Source: the human T2T-CHM13v2.0 reference genome, Homo sapiens
Assembly: GCF_009914755.1 (NCBI RefSeq)
Contig: NC_060948.1
Reading direction: 5' to 3' (one strand)
DNA length: 64,000 bases
Shown here: positions 1 through 13,100 of the stretch, piece after piece
Layout of the letters: every line of letters begins with the position of its first letter
Position numbering within the stretch: the stretch's first letter is position 1
Program-made: the position numbers and the translations under genes
Notes under the pieces: model-generated
What the model was told of the DNA's origin: nothing
What the model saw: only the letters and a program-made list of their open reading frames with translations
Databases searched by the model: none

Positions 1-19
1 AATGGAAGGGAGTGTAATG

Positions 20-32
20 GAAGGTTCTCGAA
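20..32. promoter_or_regulatory. Heat-shock element motif 1 (GAAggTTCtcGAA), repeated once per unit
   Basis: Exact match to the three-unit inverted nGAAn HSF consensus. Also at 3588-3600 and equivalent positions in other units. Motif match only; binding is not shown. Confidence 0.55.
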
Positions 33-1045
33 AAAAATGGAATCGAATGGAATGGAATTGAATGGAACGGAATAGAGTCGAATGGAATTGAATGGAATGG
101 AATGGACTAGAGTGAAATGGAATCGAACCACAAGGGATGGGCAGGAATACAATGGTCTCGAATTGAATGGAATCGTATGGAATGGCATCAAACGGAATGG
201 AATGGACAGCCACGGAATGGAATGCACTCGAATGCAATGGAGTCGAAACTAATGGACTGGAATAGAATGGACTCGACTGGTACGGACTCCAATGGAATGG
301 AATCGAATGGAAGGGAATCGAACGGAATGGACTCGAAGGGAAAAGACTGCAATGGAAAGGTCTCGAATGGAATGGAAATTAATGGAATGGAATGGAATCG
401 AATGAAATGGAGTCAAAAGGAATGGAATCGAATGGCAAGAAATCGAATGTAATGGAATCGCAAGGAATTGATGTGAACGGAACGGAATGGAATGGAATCC
501 AAAGGAATGGAATAGAATGGAATGGAATCGAATGGAAAGGACTCGAATGGAAATCACTCGAATAGAATGCAATTTATTAAAATAGGATCAAATGTAATGG
601 AATGGAATGGAAAGGAATCGAAACGAAAGGAATGGAGACAGATGGAATGGAATGGAACAGAGAGCAATGGTATAGAATGGAATGGAATCATCTGGAATGG
701 AATTGAATGGAATGGAATAATATGAAATGGAATGGAATGGAATGGAATGGAATGCCCTTGAATTAAATGGACTGGAATGGAATGGACTCGAACAGAGTGG
801 AATGGAAAGTGTTGAGATAGAATGGAATGGACTCCTTTGGAATGGTGTAGTATGCAATGCAATCGACTGGCAGGGAATCAAAAGGAATGTAATGGAATGG
901 ACTGGACTGGAATGCAATGGACTCGAATAGATTGGAAACGGAATGCAAAGGAATGGAATGGAATAGTATGGAATGGAATGGAAAGGAATGGAGTGGAATA
1001 GACTAGAGTGGAATGGAATGGACTGGAAAGCAATGGACTGGAATG

Positions 1046-1058
1046 GAACTTTCTTGAA
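1046..1058. promoter_or_regulatory. Heat-shock element motif 2 (GAActTTCttGAA), repeated once per unit
   Basis: Exact GAAnnTTCnnGAA match; motif match only. Confidence 0.55.
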
Positions 1059-2482
1059 TGGACTGGAATCAAACGGAATGGAATGCAATGCAATCAAATG
1101 GCATGGAATAAAATAGAATGAAGAAAATGAAATGGAATTGAATCGAATGGAATCGAATGGATTGGAAAGGAATAGAATGGAATGGAATGGAATAGACTCA
1201 AATGGAATGGACTAGAATGGAATGGATTCGAATGGAAGGCAAAGGAATGGAATCTATTGGAATGGACTGTAATGGAATGGAATGGAAGGGATTGGAATGG
1301 ACTCGAATGGAATGGACTGCAATAGAAAGGATTCGAATGGAATGAAAAAGAATTGAATGGAATAGAACAGAATGGAATCAAATCGAATGAAATGGAATGG
1401 AATAGAAAGGAATGGAATGAAATGGAATGGAAAGGATTCGAATGGAATGCAATCGAATGGAATGGAATCGAACGGAATGGAATAAAATGGAAGAAAACTG
1501 GCAAGAAATGGAATCGAAATGAATGGAGTGTTATGGAACGGACTCAAAAGGAATTGAATGTAATAGAATGGAGTGGAGTGGACTCGAATATAATGGACTG
1601 GAATGGAATGAAATCACATGGAATGGGAACGAATGGAATGGAATGGAAAGGAATGGAATCGAATGGAAAGGAATCGAATGGAAGGGAATGAAATTGAATC
1701 AACAGGAATGGAAGGGAATAGAATAGACGGTAATGGAATGGACTCGAATAGAATGGACACGAATGCTCAAATTGAATGGACTCGAATGGAATGGAAACGA
1801 AAGGAATGTCATCGAATGGAATTGAATCGATTGGAATGAAATCGCACAGAATGGAGTGGAATCAAATGGAATTGAATCGAAAGGAAAGGAAGCAAATGGA
1901 CTGAAATGAAATGGAATGGAATTGAATGGAAAGTTATGTAATGGAATACAATGGAACGAAATTTCACGGAATGGAATCAAACTGAATGGAATCAAATCAA
2001 TGGAATCAAATCAAATGGAATGGAAAGGAATTGAATGGAGTAGATTGGATGGGATGGGATTGGAATGAAATGTACTGGAAAGGACTCGAATTTCATGAAA
2101 CGGAATGGAATGAATTGGAACGGAATGGACTCGAATGGAATGGAATGTCAGGGAATGGCATCAAATGGAATGGCATCAAATGGAATGGAATCGAATGCAA
2201 TGGAATGCTATGGAATGGAATGGAATGCATTGGAATGGAATGTCCTCTAATGGAATGGATTCGAGTGGAATGGAATCGAATATAATGGAGTCGAATGAAA
2301 TGGAATTGAAAGGAATAGGATCGAATACAATGGAATATACTGGAATGTAATTTAATGAACTCGAATGTAATTGACTGGAATGGAATGTACATGAATGGAA
2401 TGTAATCGAATGGAAAGTAATCCAATGGAATAGAATCTAATGCAATAAAATCGAATCAGATAGAGTAGAATGTAATGGAATG

Positions 2483-2590
2483 GAGTGCAGTGCAATGGAA
2501 TGGAATGGAATGGAATGCAATGGAATGGAATGGAATGGAATGGAATGGAATGGAATGGAATGGAATGGAATGGAATGGTGTGGAATGGAT
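2483..2590 (+). repeat. Near-perfect (GGAAT)n microsatellite-like tract inside each unit, length-variable
   Basis: Distance from GAGTGCAG to GGATAG is 104 bp (unit 1), 99 (unit 2), 104 (unit 3), 84 (units 6 and 15) and 114 (unit 18). Confidence 0.85.
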
Positions 2591-2930
2591 AGTAATGGAC
2601 TGGAGTGAAATGGACTGGAAAGGAATGGACTCAAATTGAAAGGGCTCGAAAGGAATGGAATCAAATGGAATGGTCTGGAATGGAATGAACACGAATGTAA
2701 TGCAATCCAATAGAATGGAATCGAATGGCATGGAATATAAAGAAATGGAATCGAAGAGAATGGAAACAAATGGAATGGAATTGAGTGGAATGGAATTGAA
2801 TGGAATGGGAACGAATGGAGTGAAATTGTATGCAGTAGAAGAGAATAGAATGGAATGCAAGCGAAAGGAAAGGAATGGATTGGAATGGAATGCAATTCAT
2901 TGGAATGGAAGGGAATGTAGTGTAATGGAC

Positions 2931-2936
2931 AGGCCT
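2931..2936. other. StuI/HaeIII site AGGCCT, one per unit (classical DYZ1 restriction landmark)
   Basis: Seen at 2931, 6495, 10049, 13588, 17127, 20671, 24220, 27744, 31308, 34877, 38441, 41990, 45524, 49083, 52632, 56176, 59725 and 63304. Confidence 0.9.
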
Positions 2937-3307
2937 GGAATAAAGTGGAATGCTACGGTCTCGAATGGAATAAAAATGTATGGAATGGAATGCAATGAAA
3001 CGGAATCGAATGTCATAGAATGTAATGGAATGCAACAAAATGGAATCCAAAATCATTGACTGGAAAGGCTGGGTGTCGAAAGGAATTGACTCCAATGGAA
3101 TGGAATCGAATGGAATGGAAGTGAATAGAATCGAACTAAATCGAATGGAATGGAATTGATAGGAACGGAATGGAAAGGAATGCAATGATTTGGCACGGAA
3201 TGGAATCGAATGGCATCGAATGGAATGGAATGGAATGCAATGGAATGGAACGTATTAGAATGTAATGAACTTTAATGGAATGTACTCGAATGGATTCGAC
3301 TGGAATG

Positions 3308-3320
3308 GAATGTTCTGGAA
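3308..3320. promoter_or_regulatory. Heat-shock element motif 3 (GAAtgTTCtgGAA), repeated once per unit
   Basis: Exact GAAnnTTCnnGAA match; motif match only. Confidence 0.55.
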
Positions 3321-3568
3321 GTGAATGGACTCCAATGGAATGGATTCAAAAGGAATGGAATCGTACGGAATGGAATCTAATGGAATGGAATTAAATGGAA
3401 ATGAATCAAATTGAATAGCATGGAATTGAATTGAATGGAATCGAATGCAATGGAATCTAATGAAACGGAAAGGAAAGGAATGGAATGGAATGGAATGGGC
3501 TGGAATGGAAAGGAATCGAAACGAATGGAATGGAATCGAACTGAAGAGACTGGAATGGAATGCACTGG

Positions 3569-6500
3569 AATGGAAGGGAGTGTAATGGAAGGTTCTCGAA
3601 AAAAATGGAATCGAATGGAATGGAATTGAATGGAACGGAATAGAGTCGAATGGAATTGAATGGATTGGAATGGACTAGAGTGAAATGGAATCGAACCACA
3701 AGGAATGGACAGGAATAGAATGGTCTCGAATTGAATGGAATCGTATGGAATGGCATCAAACGGAATGGAATGGACAGCCACGGAATGGAATGCACTCGAA
3801 TGCAATGGAGTCGAAACTAATGGACTGGAATAGAATGGACTCGACTGGTACGGACTCCAATGGAATGGAATCGAATGGAAGGGAATCGAACGGAATGGAC
3901 TCGAAGGGAAAAGACTGCAATGGAAAGGTCTCGAATGGAATGGAAATAAATGGAATGGAATGGAATCGAATGAAATGGAGTCAAAAGGAATGGAATCGAA
4001 TGGCAAGAAATCGAATGTAATGGAATCGCAAGGAATTGATGTGAACGGAACGGAATGGAATGGAATCCAAAGGAATGGAATAGAATGGAATGGAATCGAA
4101 TGGAAAGGACTCGAATGGAAATCACTCGAATAGAATGCAATTTAATAAAATAGGACCAAATGTAATGGAATGGAATGGAAAGGAATCGAAACGAAAGGAA
4201 TGGAGACAGATGGAATGGAATGGAACAGAGAGCAATGGTATAGAATGGAATGGAATCATCTGGAATGGAATTGAATGGAATGGAATAATATGAAATGGAA
4301 TGGAATGGAATGGAATGGAATGCCCTTGAATTAAATGGACTGGAATGGAATGGACTCGAACAGAGTGGAATGGAAAGTGTTGAGATAGAATGGAATGGAC
4401 TCGTTTGGAATGGTCTAGTAGGCAATGCAATCGACTGGCAGGGAATCAAAAGGAATGTAATCGAATGGATTGGACTGGAATGCAATGGACTCGAATAGAT
4501 TGGAAACGGAATGCAAAGGAATGGAATGGAATAGTATGGAATGGAATGGAAAGGAATGGAGTGGAATAGACTAGAGTGGAATGGAATGGACTGGAAAGAA
4601 ATGGACTGGAATGGAACTTTCTTGAATGGACAGGAATCAAACGGAATGGAATGCAATGCAATCAAATGGCATGGAATAAAATAGAATGAAAGAGAATCAA
4701 ATGGAATTGAATCGAATGGAATCGAATGGATTGGAAAGGAATAGAATGGAATGGAATGGAATTGACTCAAATGGAATGGACTAGAATGGAATGGATTCGA
4801 ATGGAAGGCAAACGAATGGAATCTATTGGAATGGACTGTAATGGAATGGAATGGAAGGGATTGGAATGGACTCGAATGGAATGGACTGCAATAGAAAGGA
4901 TTCGAATGGAATGAAAAAGAATTGAATGGAATAGAACAGAATGGAATCAAATCGAATGAAATGGAATGGAATAGAAAGGAATGGAATGAAATGGAATGGA
5001 AAGGATTCGAATGGAATGCAATCGAATGGAATGGAATCGAACGGAATGGAATAAAATGGAAGAAAACTGGCAAGAAATGGAATCGAAATGAATGGAGTGT
5101 TATGGAACGGACTCAAAAGGAATTGAATGTAATAGAATGGAGTGGAGTGGACTCGAATATAATGGACTGGAATGGAATGAAATCACATGGAATGGGAACG
5201 AATGGAATGGAATGGAAAGGAATGGAATCGAATGGAAAGGAATCGAATGGAAGGGAATGAAATTGAATCAACAGGAATGGAAGGGAATAGAATAGACGGT
5301 AATGGAATGGACTCGAATAGAATGGACACGAATGCTGAAATTGAATGGACTCGAATGGAATGGAAACGAAAGGAATGTCATCGAATGGAATTGAATCGAT
5401 TGGAATGAAATCGCATAGAATGGAGTGGAATCAAATGGAATTGAATCGAAAGGAAAGGAAGCGAATGGACTGAAATGAAATGGAATGGAATTGAATGGAA
5501 AGTAATGCAATGGAATAGAATGGAACGAAATTTCACGGAATGGAATCAAACTGAATGGAATCAAATCAATGCAATCTAATCAAATGGAATGGAAAGGAAT
5601 TGAATGGAGTAGATTGGATTGGATGGGATTGGAATGAAATGTACTGGAAAGGACTCGAATTTCATGAAACGGAATGGAATGAATTGGAACGGAATGGACT
5701 CGAATGGAATGGAATGTCATGGAATGGCATCAAATGGAATGGCATCAAATGGAATGGAATCGAATGCAATGGAATGGTATGGAATGGAATGGAATGCATT
5801 GGAATGGAATGCCCTCTAATGGAATGGATTCGAGTGGAATGGAATCGAATATAATGGACTCGAATGAAATGGAATTGAAAGGAATGGGATCGAATACAAT
5901 GGAATATACTGGAATGTAATGTAATGAACTCGAATGTAATTGACTGGAATGGAATGTACATGAATGGAATGTAATCGAATGGAAAGTAATCCAATGGAAT
6001 AGAATCTAATGCAATAAAATCGACTCAGATAGAGTAGAATGTAATGGAATGGAGTGCAGTGCAATGCAATGGAATGGAATGGAATGCAATGGAATGGAAT
6101 GGAATGGAATGGAATGGAATGGAATGGAATGGGATGGAATGGTATGGAATGGATAGTAATGGACTGGAGTGAAATGGACTGGAAAGGAATGGACTCAAAT
6201 TGAAAGGGCTCGAAAGGAATGGATTCAAATGGAATGGTCTGGAAAGGAATGAACACGAAAGTAATGCAATCCAATAGAATGGAATCGAATGGCATGGAAT
6301 ATAAAGAAATGGAATCGAAGAGAATGGAAACAAATGGAATGGAATTGAATGGAATGGAATTGAATGGAATGGGAACGAATGGAGTGAAATTGTATGCAGT
6401 AGAAGGGAATAGAATGGAATGCAAGCGAAAGGAAAGGAATGGATTGGAATGGAATGGAATTCATTGGAATGGAAGGGAATGTAGTGTAATGGACAGGCCT

Positions 6501-7132
6501 GGAATAAAGTGGATTGCTACGGTCTCGAATGGAATAAAAATGTATGGAACGGAATACAATGAAACGGAATCGAATGTCATAGAATGTAATGGAATGCAAA
6601 AAAATGGAATCCAAAATCATTGACTGGAAAGGCTGGGTGTCGAAAGGAATTGACTCCAATGGAATGGAATCGAATGGAATGGAAGTGAATAGAATCGAAC
6701 TAAATCGAATGGAATGGAATTGATAGGAACGGAATGGAAAGGAATGCAATGATTTGGCATGGAATGGAATCGAATGACATCGAATGGAATGGAATGGAAT
6801 GCAATGGAATGGAATGTATTAGAATGTAATGAACTTTAATGGAATGTACTCGAATGGATTCGACTGGAATGGAATGTTGTGGAAGTGAATGGACTCCAAT
6901 GGAATGGATTCCAAAGGAATGGAATCGTACGGAATGGAATCTAATGGAATGGAATTAAATGGAAATGAATCAAATTGAATAGCACGGAATTGAATTGAAT
7001 GGAATCGAATGCAATGGAATCTAATGAAACGGAAAGGAAAGGAATGGAATGGAATGGAATGGGCTGGAATGGAAAGGAATCGAAACGAATGGAATGGAAT
7101 CGAACTGAAGAGACTGGAATGGAATGCACTGG
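3569..7132 (+). repeat. DYZ1 unit 2 (3564 bp, canonical length)
   Basis: Anchor spacing; StuI at 6495. Confidence 0.9.
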
Positions 7133-10100
7133 AATGGAAGGGAGTGTAATGGAAGGTTCTCGAAAAAAATGGAATCGAATGGAATGGAATTGAATGGAAC
7201 GGAATAGAGTCGAATGGAATTGAATGGAATGGAATGGACTAGAGTGAAATGGAATCGAACCACAAGGAATGGACAGGAATAGAATGGTCTCGAATTGAAT
7301 GGAATCGTATGGAATGGCATCAAACGGAATGGAATGGACAGCCACGGAATGGAATGCACTCGAATGCAATGGAGTCGAAACTAATGGACTGGAATAGAAT
7401 GGACTCGACTGGTACGGACTCCAATGGAATGGAATCGAATGGAAGGGAATCGAACGGAATGGACTCGAAGGGAAAAGACTGCAATGGAAAGGTCTCGAAT
7501 GGAATGGAAATTAATGGAATGGAATGGAATCGAATGAAATGGAGTCAAAAGGAATGGAATCGAATGGCAAGAAATCGAATGTAATGGAATCGCAAGGAAT
7601 TGATGTGAACGGAACGGAATGGAATGGAATCCAAAGGAATGGAATAGAATGGAATGGAATCGAATGGAAAGGACTCGAATGGAAATCACTCGAATAGAAT
7701 GCAATTTAATAAAATAGGATCAAATGTAATGGAATGGAATGGAAAGGAATCGAAACGAAAGGAATGGAGACAGATGGAATGGAATGGAACAGAGAGCAAT
7801 GGTATAGAATGGAATGGAATCATCTGGAATGGAATTGAATGGAATGGAATAATATGAAATGGAATGGAATGGAATGGAATGGAATGCCCTTGAATTAAAT
7901 GGACTGGAATGGAATGGACTCGAACAGAGTGGAATGGAAAGTGTTGAGATAGAATGGAATGGACTCCTTTGGAATGGTGTAGTATGCAATGCAATCGACT
8001 GGCAGGGAATCAAAAGGAATGTAATGGAATGGACTGGACTGGAATGCAATGGACTCGAATAGATTGGAAACGGAATGCAAAGGAATGGAATGGAATAGTA
8101 TGGAATGGAATGGAAAGGAATGGAGTGGAATAGACTAGAGTGGAATGGAATGGACTGGAAAGCAATGGACTGGAATGGAACTTTCTTGAATGGACTGGAA
8201 TCAAACGGAATGGAATGCAATGCAATCAAATGGCATGGAATAAAATAGAATGAAAGAGAATCAAATGGAATTGAATCGAATGGAATCGAATGGATTGGAA
8301 AGGAATAGAATGGAATGGAATGGAATTGACTCAAATGGAATGGACTAGAATGGAATGGATTCGAATGGAAGGCAAAGGAATGGAATCTATTGGAATGGAC
8401 TGTAATGGAATGGAATGGAAGGGATTGGAATGGACTCGAATGGAATGGACTGCAATAGAAAGGATTCGAATGGAATGAAAAAGAATTGAATGGAATAGAA
8501 CAGAATGGAATCAAATCGAATGAAATGGAATGGAATAGAAAGGAATGGAATGAAATGGAATGGAAAGGATTCGAATGGAATGCAATCGAATGGAATGGAA
8601 TCGAACGGAATGGAATAAAATGGAAGAAAACTGGCAAGAAATGGAATCGAAATGAATGGAGTGTTATGGAACGGACTCAAAAGGAATTGAATGTAATAGA
8701 ATGGAGTGGAGTGGACTCGAATATAATGGACTGGAATGGAATGAAATCACATGGAATGGGAACGAATGGAATGGAATGGAAAGGAATGGAATCGAATGGA
8801 AAGGAATCGAATGGAAGGGAATGAAATTGAATCAACAGGAATGGAAGGGAATAGAATAGACGGTAATGGAATGGACTCGAATAGAATGGACACGAATGCT
8901 CAAATTGAATGGACTCGAATGGAATGGAAACGAAAGGAATGTCATCGAATGGAATTGAATCGATTGGAATGAAATCGCATAGAATGGAGTGGAATCAAAT
9001 GGAATTGAATCGAAAGGAAAGGAAGCGAATGGACTGAAATGAAATGGAATGGAATTGAATGGAAAGTAATGCAATGGAATAGAATGGAACGAAATTTCAC
9101 GGAATGGAATCAAACTGAATGGAATCAAATCAATGGAATCCAATCAAATGGAATGGAGTAGATTGGATTGGATGGGATTGGAATGAAATGTACTGGAAAG
9201 GACTCGAATTTCATGAAACGGAATGGAATGAATTGGAACGGAAAGGACTCGAATGGAATGGAATGTCATAGAATGGCATCAAATGGAATGGCATCAAATG
9301 GAATGGAATCGAATGCAATGGAATGCTATGGAATGGAATGGAATGCATTGGAATGGAATGTCCTCTAATGGAATGGATTCGAGTGGAATGGAATCGAATA
9401 TAATGGAGTCGAATGAAATGGAATTGAAAGGAATGGGATCGAATACAATGGAATATACTGGAATGTAATGTAATGAACTCGAATGTAATTGACTGGAATG
9501 GAATGTACATGAATGGAATGTAATCGAATGGAAAGTAATCCAATGGAATAGAATCTAATGCAATAAAATCGACTCAGATAGAGTAGAATGTAATGGAATG
9601 GAGTGCAGTACAATGGAATGGAATGGAATGGAATGCAATGGAATGGAATGGAATGGAATGGAATGGAATGGAATGGAATGGAATGGGATGGAATGGTATG
9701 GAATGGATAGTAATGGACTGGAGTGAAATGGACTGGAAAGGAATGGACTCAAATTGAAAGGGCTCGAAAGGAATGGAGTCAAATGGAATGGTCTGGAATG
9801 GAATGAACACGAAAGTAATGCAATCCAATAGAATGGAATCGAATGGCATGGAATATAAAGAAATGGAATCGAAGAGAATGGAAACAAATGGAATGGAATT
9901 GAATGGAATGGAATTGAATGGAATGGGAACGAATGGATTGAAATTGTATGCAGTAGAAGGGAATAGAATGGAATGCAAGCGAAAGGAAAGGAATGGATTG
10001 GAATGGAATGGAATTCATTGGAATGGAAGAGAATGTAGTGTAATGGACAGGCCTGGAATAAAGTGGAATGCTACGGTCTCGAATGGAATAAAAATGTATG

Positions 10101-13100
10101 GAATGGAATGCAATGAAACGGAATCGAATGTCATAGAATGTAATGGAATGCAAACAAATGGAATCCAAAATCATTGACTGGAAAGGCTGGGTGTCGAAAG
10201 GAAATGACTCCAATGGAATGGAATCGAATGGAATGGAAGTGAATAGAATCGAACTAAATCGAATGGAATGGAATTGATAGGAACGGAATGGAAAGGAATG
10301 CAATGATTTGGCACGGAATGGAATCGAATGGCATCGAATGGAATGGAATGGAATGCAATTGAATGGAACGTATTAGAATGTAATGAACTTTAATGGAATG
10401 TACTCGAATGGATTCGACTGGAATGGAATGTTCTGGAAGTGAATGGACTCCAATGGAATGGATTCAAAAGGAATGGAATCTAATGGAATGGAATTAAATG
10501 GAAATGAATCAAATTGAATAGCATGGAATTGAATTGAATGGAATCGAATGCAATGGAATCTAATGAAACGGAAAGGAAAGGAATGGAATGGAATGGAATG
10601 GGCTGGAATGGAAAGGAATTGAAACGAATGGAATGGAATCGACCTGACGAGACTGGAATGGAATGCACTGGAATGGAAGGGAGTGTAATGGAAGGTTCTC
10701 GAAAAAAATGGAATCGAATGGAATGGAATTGAATGGAACGGAATAGAGTCGAATGGAATTGAATGGAATGGAATGGACTAGAGTGAAATGGAATCGAACC
10801 ACAAGGAATGGACAGGAATAGAATGGTCTCGAATTGAATGGAATCGTATGGAATGGCATCAAACGGAACGGAATGGACAGCCACGGAATGGAATGCACTC
10901 GAATGCAATGGAGTCGAAACTAATGGACTGGAATAGAATGGATTCGACTGGTACGGACTCCAATGGAATGGAATCGAATGGAAGGGAATCGAACGGAATG
11001 GACTCGAAGGGAAAAGACTGCAATGGAAAGGTCTCGAATGGAATGGAAATTAATGGAATGGAATGGAATCGAATGAAATGGAGTCAAAAGGAATGGAATC
11101 GAATGGCAAGAAATCGAATGTAATGGAATCGCAAGGAATTGATGTGAACGGAACGGAATGGAATGGAATCCAAAGGAATGGAATAGAATGGAATGGAATC
11201 GAATGGAAAGGACTCGAATGGAAATCACTCGAATAGAATGCAATTTAATAAAATAGGATCAAATATAATGGAATGGAATGGAAAGGAATCGAAACGAAAG
11301 GAATGGAGACAGATGGAATGGAATGGAACAGAGAGCAATGGTATAGAATGGAATGGAATCATCTGGAATGGAATTGAATGGAATGGAATAATATGAAATG
11401 GAATGGAATGGAATGGAATGGAATGCCCTTGAATTAAATGGACTGGAATGGAATGGACTCGAAGAGAGTGGAATGGAAAGTGTTGAGATAGAATGGAATG
11501 GACTCCTTTGGAATGGTGTAGTATGCAATGCAATCGACTGGCAGGGAATCAAAAGGAATGTAATGGAATGGACTGGACTGGAATGCAATGGACTCGAATA
11601 GATTGGAAACGGAATGCAAAGGAATGGAATGGAATAGTATGGAATGGAATGGAAAGGAATGGAGTGGAATAGACTAGAGTGGAATGGAATGGACTGGAAA
11701 GCAATGGACTGGAATGGAACTTTCTTGAATGGACTGGAATCAAACGGAATGGAATGCAATGCAATCAAATGGCATGGAATAAAATAGAATGAAAGAGAAT
11801 CAAATGGAATTGAATCGAATGGAATCGAATGGATTGGAAAGGAATAGAATGGAATGGAATGGAATTGACTCAAATGGAATGGACTAGAATGGAATGGATT
11901 CGAATGGAAGGCAAAGGAATGGAATCTATTGGAATGGACTGTAATGGAATGGAATGGAAGGGATTGGAATGGACTCGAATGGAATGGACTGCAATAGAAA
12001 GGATTCGAATGGAATGAAAAAGAATTGAATGGAATAGAACAGAATGGAATCAAATCGAATGAAATGGAATGGAATAGAAAGGAATGGAATGAAATGGAAT
12101 GGAAAGGATTCGAATGGAATGCAATCGAATGGAATGGAATCGAACGGAATGGAATAAAATGGAAGAAAACTGGCAAGAAATGGAATCGAAATGAATGGAG
12201 TGTTATGGAACGGACTCAAAAGGAATTGAATGTAATAGAATGGAGTGGAGTGGACTCGAATATAATGGACTGGAATGGAATGAAATCACATGGAATGGGA
12301 ACGAATGGAATGGAATGGAAAGGAATGGAATCGAATGGAAAGGAATCGAATGGAAGGGAATGAAATTGAATCAACAGGAATGGAAGGGAATAGAATAGAC
12401 GGTAATGGAATGGACTCGAATAGAATGGACACGAATGCTCAAATTGAATGGACTCGAATGGAATGGAAACGAAAGGAATGTCATCGAATGGAATTGAATC
12501 GATTGGAATGAAATCGCATAGAATGGAGTGGAATCAAATGGAATTGAATCGAAAGGAAAGGAAGCGAATGGACTGAAATGAAATGGAATGGAATTGAATG
12601 GAAAGTAATGCAATGGAATAGAATGGAACGAAATTTCACGGAATGGAATCAAACTGAATGGAATCAAATCAATGGAATCCAATCAAATGGAATGGAGTAG
12701 ATTGGATTGGATGGGATTGGAATGAAATGTACTGGAAAGGACTCGAATTTCATGAAACGGAATGGAATGAATTGGAACGGAAAGGACTCGAATGGAATGG
12801 AATGTCATAGAATGGCATCAAATGGAATGGCATCAAATGGAATGGAATCGAATGCAATGGAATGCTATGGAATGGAATGGAATGCATTGGAATGGAATGT
12901 CCTCTAATGGAATGGATTCGAGTGGAATGGAATCGAATATAATGGAGTCGAATGAAATGGAATTGAAAGGAATGGGATCGAATACAATGGAATATACTGG
13001 AATGTAATGTAATGAACTCGAATGTAATTGACTGGAATGGAATGTACATGAATGGAATGTAATCGAATGGAAAGTAATCCAATGGAATAGAATCTAATGC

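Larger units (their letters stand above)
1..3568 (+). repeat. DYZ1 unit 1 (3568 bp; many private changes, 1-bp deletion, EcoRI site lost)
   Basis: Anchor at 1 and 3569. StuI at 2931. GCAATTC replaces GGAATTC at ~2892. Confidence 0.9.

Noticed and set aside
2088-2099. Possible fourth HSE, GAATTTCATGAA
   Set aside because: GAA-to-TTC spacing is 1 bp rather than 2, so only a two-unit TTCnnGAA is present.
4763-4769. AP-1 site TGACTCA, and AATAAA hexamers, as independent regulatory features
   Set aside because: A single 7-mer or 6-mer per 3.5 kb is easily produced by chance from GGACT/CAAAT/GGAAT variants, and there is no supporting gene context.
3817-5073. Longest ORF, 418 aa on the minus strand
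   Set aside because: It is a fusion of the recurrent 305-aa and 107-aa repeat ORFs caused by a single SNV removing a stop (GGATCA>GGACCA, ~4156). It is low-complexity, with no evidence of coding.
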